Below, in pieces: positions 16,114 through 20,000 of a stretch of DNA of 20,000 nt. The stretch covers positions 55,549 through 75,548 of the IMG/VR virus record IMGVR_UViG_3300009169_000018. One strand, written 5' to 3'. Source of the DNA: an uncultured virus (IMG/VR IMGVR_UViG_3300009169_000018). Its lineage: Duplodnaviria; Heunggongvirae; Uroviricota; Caudoviricetes. Under the pieces are notes generated by a model, which ran no database searches, was not told the DNA's origin, and worked only from the letters and a program-made list of their open reading frames with translations. The first letter of the stretch is position 1. Every line of letters starts with the position of its first letter. Both the position numbers and the translations under genes were made by a program.

Positions 16114-19100
16114 ATGCCAAACAAGCCTACATCCAAACAAATCTCGCTCGGCACCGGCAATACGCTAGACACTATCGTATACGCGAACGGTGTCATCAAT
16201 GCGGTCGAGATTCAGGTGGGTGGCGTTCCAGTCATCAACTCCGAGGGCTATTTCGTCGGCACAGGCGGCGGCTCGGGTAACGATGGCGCACAGGGAGCGC
16301 AAGGCGTACAGGGAACAGGCTATGTAGGATCAGACGGTGCACAAGGCGCACAAGGAACAGAAGGATTTGTTGGTTCGGATGGTGCACAGGGCGTACAAGG
16401 TCTTACTGGCACAGGCACTCAAGGTCTTACTGGCACAGGCACTCAAGGTCTGACGGGCGCACAAGGCGTACAGGGTCTAGTCGGCGCAGCAGATCAGGAT
16501 ACGCTCGACGGTAAGCGTAATCGCCATGGCTTCCCCTATGACATGGATGATGGATACGAAGTCACTCTATCCTACTCGCGAGTCAATAGACAGGTCACGA
16601 TCACTCCCATTGGCGCATCGTGGAATGTTTGGATTCATGGTGTGCGCAATGAATTCAATACACCGTTAGTTTCCGTCGCACATACGACTGCCACTCAGAC
16701 TCACTACGTCTACTTCGACGGAGTGACGGGTGTACTCACAACTAACACAAGCCCATGGAACATTCTGCGCGATGTGCCGGTCTGTGCTATTGTCTACAAT
16801 GGAGACATTGAGCAAGAGACATTCGCACTCTTCGAACTACATACCGCAGATCGAAATCTTGAGGTTCACTATCGTCTTCACTTTGGCGACGGCACGAAGA
16901 TCGCTTCGAAGCCGGGTGCGCCTGTGTTCACGAACTGGACGACAGGTTCGGACACTACTGCTGCCGTTACATGGGATGCGACAGCCGTTCGCATTCTAGA
17001 CGAAGAAATTGAACTACAGACAGGCACGATCAGTGGCGACTCTGCGACTGCGTATCGTGTGCTATGGAAGAGCAACACATCAGGCGGCTTCATCACCGAA
17101 GTCAATGCGTTCGCAGACACTAAGGGCATTCCGTTCCTCACGAACGGCAGCGTCATCTGTTGGAACCAGTTGAGCGGAAGCGATTGGCTCAAGACTCCAT
17201 TGACCAATGGGCAGTACGTCAACATGTACCTCTGCGCGACGACCGATATCACGCAAGCAAACCGTTACTTCCTCGTCGCAGGACAACGTTTTCACACCGT
17301 ACTGGATGATGCACTGGATGAAGCTCCTTCCGTTCTCGTATGGAGTGGCGCATTCCCCGAAGAACTCGTTGTTCTCGGCAAGTTCACCTATCAGCATCTA
17401 GACACGAACTCGACTAACACTCATAAGGCATTGCTGAGTGCGGTCGAAGTTGTCTATGACAACTACGCAGTCTCTACTGTTACGGGTCAAGCCGGTCCTA
17501 TTGGTCCGCAGGGTGAAATCGGCGTTCAAGGCTCGCAAGGTGTTCAAGGTCTAGACGGTCAGTTCGCAGGGCAGGGTATCACAGGTGCACAAGGACCGCA
17601 GGGTTCGACCGGTACACAAGGTCTGACAGGTACTCAGGGACTTACGGGTGTTCAAGGCTCGCAAGGTCTGACGGGTACTCAGGGTCTTACCGGCGTGCAG
17701 GGATCGCAAGGTGTCATCGGCACTCAAGGACTTACGGGTGTTCAAGGCTCGCAAGGTGTCATCGGAACACAAGGTCTGACCGGCGTGCAGGGATCGCAAG
17801 GTGTCATCGGCACTCAAGGACTTACGGGTGTTCAAGGATCGCAAGGTGTCCAAGGTCTTACCGGCATTGGCACCCAAGGAACGCAAGGTGTCATCGGCAC
17901 TCAAGGTCTGACCGGAACGGGTACTCAAGGAACGCAGGGTGCGACGGGTGCAGGAACTCAAGGTCTGACGGGTGCGCAAGGTGTCCAAGGCGTTCAAGGT
18001 GTCATTGGAACACAAGGTCTGACCGGAACAGGTACTCAAGGTCTGACCGGAACTCAAGGTCTTACGGGTGTGCAAGGCGACCTAGGAACTCAAGGCACAA
18101 CGGGTGTAGGTACTCAGGGTGCGCAAGGTGCAATCGGTATACAAGGTGTTCAAGGTGATCTAGGTGTACAAGGCGTAATTGGCTCTGGCACTCAAGGCGC
18201 AACGGGCGCAACGGGCGGCGCGACTGCCGCAGGCGCAGACACGTACATTCAATACAACGATGGTGGTGTGCTAGGTGCATCAGCCAACCTCACGTTCAAT
18301 CTTTCTTCTAATATCACTTTCATGTATAAGGCTGAAATTGATACGACCATTCGATTGAACAATCAGGCAGAGATACCCGCCGCTCCACCCGCAGGAAATG
18401 TCTCCATCTTCGGTCGCTCGGTGGGTGGACGCATGATGCCTGCGTTCATCGGTCCTTCGGGACTCGACTCCGCACTACAGCCGTTCATCGGACGTAATCG
18501 TGTCGGTATGATTCAGTGGTCTACGACAGGTGCGTTCGCAAACGTCAACTTTGGTCTGCCTGTTCCGACGTATACCGGAACGGTGAACGCAAGGGTTGTC
18601 AACCCCGCGACTCTTTACCTCTCCACCCGAAGAGTCGGATTCGTATCGGCGGCAACTGCGGGTTCCAACGCAGCCGCACGTATCGCGACGGCTCAGTATC
18701 TTCGCGGTAACACCGCAGACATGGGTGGATTCACCTTCTGCCACAGATTCGGTGTGGCTGACGCGGCTCCTGTTGCGAATGCGGTCATGTTTGTGGGTCT
18801 ACACCCAACGACTGGTCAGATCGCGAACAACACAAACACCGCAGCAATGGTGAACGTGATTGGTGTGGGACAGGTTCCACTGTCCAACTCGCTACACATC
18901 ATTACCAACTCTGCATCCGGTGCCGCGCACATCATCGACACTACGCTTCAATGTAATGTCGGCAACACCGCACTATGGGATGTGACAATGTTCGCCGCGC
19001 CTAATGACGATAAGGTTCAGTTCGCGATTCGAAACCTCGCGAACTCTTCACAGACCTTCTCCACCACAGTTACTTCTAATACCAACAATCTGCCGCTCGG

Positions 19101-19200
19101 CAACACCATCCTGACATGGCAGACTTGGAGAAGCAACAACGGTGCGGCAGCAGCAGTCGCAATAGACCTGATCAGTCTGTACATCGAAACAGACCAGTAA
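16114..19200 (+). CDS. Collagen-like fibre protein 3 with large central and C-terminal globular (putative receptor-binding) domains
   Basis: 1028 aa. G-X-Q tracts at about 16276-16491 and 17485-18216 flank a non-repetitive domain of about 330 aa. These are followed by the common fibre motif AGADTYIQYNDGGVLGASANLTFN and a beta-rich C-terminal domain. Confidence 0.85.
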   Translation: MPNKPTSKQISLGTGNTLDTIVYANGVINAVEIQVGGVPVINSEGYFVGTGGGSGNDGAQGAQGVQGTGYVGSDGAQGAQGTEGFVGSDGAQGVQGLTGTGTQGLTGTGTQGLTGAQGVQGLVGAADQDTLDGKRNRHGFPYDMDDGYEVTLSYSRVNRQVTITPIGASWNVWIHGVRNEFNTPLVSVAHTTATQTHYVYFDGVTGVLTTNTSPWNILRDVPVCAIVYNGDIEQETFALFELHTADRNLEVHYRLHFGDGTKIASKPGAPVFTNWTTGSDTTAAVTWDATAVRILDEEIELQTGTISGDSATAYRVLWKSNTSGGFITEVNAFADTKGIPFLTNGSVICWNQLSGSDWLKTPLTNGQYVNMYLCATTDITQANRYFLVAGQRFHTVLDDALDEAPSVLVWSGAFPEELVVLGKFTYQHLDTNSTNTHKALLSAVEVVYDNYAVSTVTGQAGPIGPQGEIGVQGSQGVQGLDGQFAGQGITGAQGPQGSTGTQGLTGTQGLTGVQGSQGLTGTQGLTGVQGSQGVIGTQGLTGVQGSQGVIGTQGLTGVQGSQGVIGTQGLTGVQGSQGVQGLTGIGTQGTQGVIGTQGLTGTGTQGTQGATGAGTQGLTGAQGVQGVQGVIGTQGLTGTGTQGLTGTQGLTGVQGDLGTQGTTGVGTQGAQGAIGIQGVQGDLGVQGVIGSGTQGATGATGGATAAGADTYIQYNDGGVLGASANLTFNLSSNITFMYKAEIDTTIRLNNQAEIPAAPPAGNVSIFGRSVGGRMMPAFIGPSGLDSALQPFIGRNRVGMIQWSTTGAFANVNFGLPVPTYTGTVNARVVNPATLYLSTRRVGFVSAATAGSNAAARIATAQYLRGNTADMGGFTFCHRFGVADAAPVANAVMFVGLHPTTGQIANNTNTAAMVNVIGVGQVPLSNSLHIITNSASGAAHIIDTTLQCNVGNTALWDVTMFAAPNDDKVQFAIRNLANSSQTFSTTVTSNTNNLPLGNTILTWQTWRSNNGAAAAVAIDLISLYIETDQ
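17485..18216 (+). repeat. Collagen-like G-X-Q coding repeat in fibre 3
   Basis: GTQGLTGVQGSQGVI units; near-identical copies 90 nt apart (about 17689-17760 and 17779-17850). Confidence 0.9.
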
Positions 19201-19210
19201 GGTGCAGTGG

Positions 19211-19217
19211 CTAAATA
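19211..19217 (+). promoter_or_regulatory. T4-type late promoter-like motif CTAAATA
   Basis: Intergenic, beginning 34 nt before the ATG at 19245, followed by an AGGA Shine-Dalgarno-like sequence. Confidence 0.75.
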
Positions 19218-19244
19218 GTCACACGCACACCTATAGGATGAATC

Positions 19245-20000
19245 ATGGCAGACTTCCCTTCTAATCCGACTATCGGCACGATCTTCACTTCCAACGATGG
19301 TACGTCTTGGGAGTGGGATGGCTATTCTTGGAAAGCGGGTGGTGGACTCGGCGGTGGCGGTGGAATCTCTGAGATTTTCGTATCCGCAAACTCCGCATCG
19401 ACGGTCAATGCCAATGGATTGAACTTCATCAACACTGCGTCCGTTCTGGTCAGTGTCGTTCAGGGTGTTACCGGTAACGCTAATGTATCCTTCCATGCGA
19501 GCGGTATTCAGGGTGCGCAGGGTACACAGGGAACTCAGGGTCTTAGTGGTATTCAGGGTGTCCAAGGCACTCAGGGTGTGCAGGGAGTTCAGGGAATCCA
19601 AGGCACTCAGGGTGTACAGGGTCTAGACGGTCAGTTCGCAGGACAGGGTGTGACCGGCGCACAAGGTTCGACCGGTGTTCAGGGAACCGAAGGTTCAGCC
19701 GGTGAAACGATGATGTGGACGGATTCGTTCACGGCATCCGCAAACCAATCAGCATTCACTCTCAGCATTGCTCCGAATGACGAGAAGTATACCATCGTCA
19801 CTCGCAACGGTGTTGTTCTTGTTCCGACGACTCACTACACCGTTTCCGGCACGACTCTTACTCTTACCTCTAACACTCAGCTAAACGATATTGTCGAAGC
19901 TCGTACCTTCGAAACGTTGGGTATCGGTGTTCAAGGTGTACAGGGTGCACAGGGATCGCAGGGTGTTCAAGGTGTACAAGGCACGCAAGGTGTCCAAGGC
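19245..20000 (+). CDS. Collagen-like fibre protein 4 (3'-truncated by the window edge; absent from the supplied ORF track)
   Basis: My translation is open to the end: [34 protein letters not shown]...[38 protein letters not shown]...[15 protein letters not shown]...[15 protein letters not shown]...[10 protein letters not shown]. The FPSNPT.G...W.WDG..W start is a common phage fibre motif. It is preceded by CTAAATA and an SD-like sequence. Confidence 0.85.
   Translation, partial: MADFPSNPTIGTIFTSNDGTSWEWDGYSWKAGGGLGGGGGISEIFVSANSASTVNANGLNFINTASVLVSVVQGVTGNANVSFHASGIQGAQGTQGTQGLSGIQGVQGTQGVQGVQGIQGTQGVQGLDGQFAGQGVTGAQGSTGVQGTEGSAGETMMWTDSFTASANQSAFTLSIAPNDEKYTIVTRNGVVLVPTTHYTVSGTTLTLTSNTQLNDIVEARTFETLGIGVQGVQGAQGSQGVQGVQGTQGVQG

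Noticed and set aside
12066..18216. Periodic repeats as a CRISPR array or non-coding satellite
   Set aside because: There is no constant repeat with unique spacers; variation falls at wobble positions of in-frame collagen codons, and no cas genes are present.
1007..19601. Many reverse-strand and alternate-frame ORFs (e.g. 1007-1852, 6528-7553, 14196-14768, 17551-18075, 19017-19601)
   Set aside because: All overlap long, motif-supported + strand genes. They are shadows of biased codon usage and G-X-Q periodicity, and their translations have no recognisable domains.
8066..20000. Diversity-generating retroelement or invertase-based fibre switching
   Set aside because: I saw no reverse transcriptase, no TR/VR pair differing at adenines, no recombinase and no inverted cassettes in this window.
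1..20000. Specific host or genus assignment (e.g. cyanophage)
   Set aside because: Gene content resembles cyanophage-type T4-like viruses, but the window has no host-diagnostic genes, so I make no assignment.

Overview
This 20 kb window is the late, virion-structural region of a large T4-like myophage of the environmental/cyanophage-type branch. All credible genes are on the + strand and tightly packed. In order: the 3' end of baseplate wedge gp8; a VrlC/DUF4815-type baseplate protein that appears split into two genes (680-4672, 4704-7844); a small coiled-coil protein; and an array of four tail/appendage fibre genes, all with nearly proline-free G-X-Q collagen-like tracts (8066, 11721, 16114, and 19245 running off the window). 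The first fibre ends in a peptidase S74 intramolecular chaperone. It is followed by a probable fibre-tip adhesin ending in an intein-like Hint domain that keeps Cys1 and the block-B His but lacks the terminal His-Asn and any C-extein; this is the most unusual element in the window. Five CTAAATA motifs resembling T4 late promoters divide the region into cassettes, and protein modules are shared between the fibre genes. I saw no RNA genes, CRISPR array, integrase or transposase. Family assignments come from motif recall, not from database searches.
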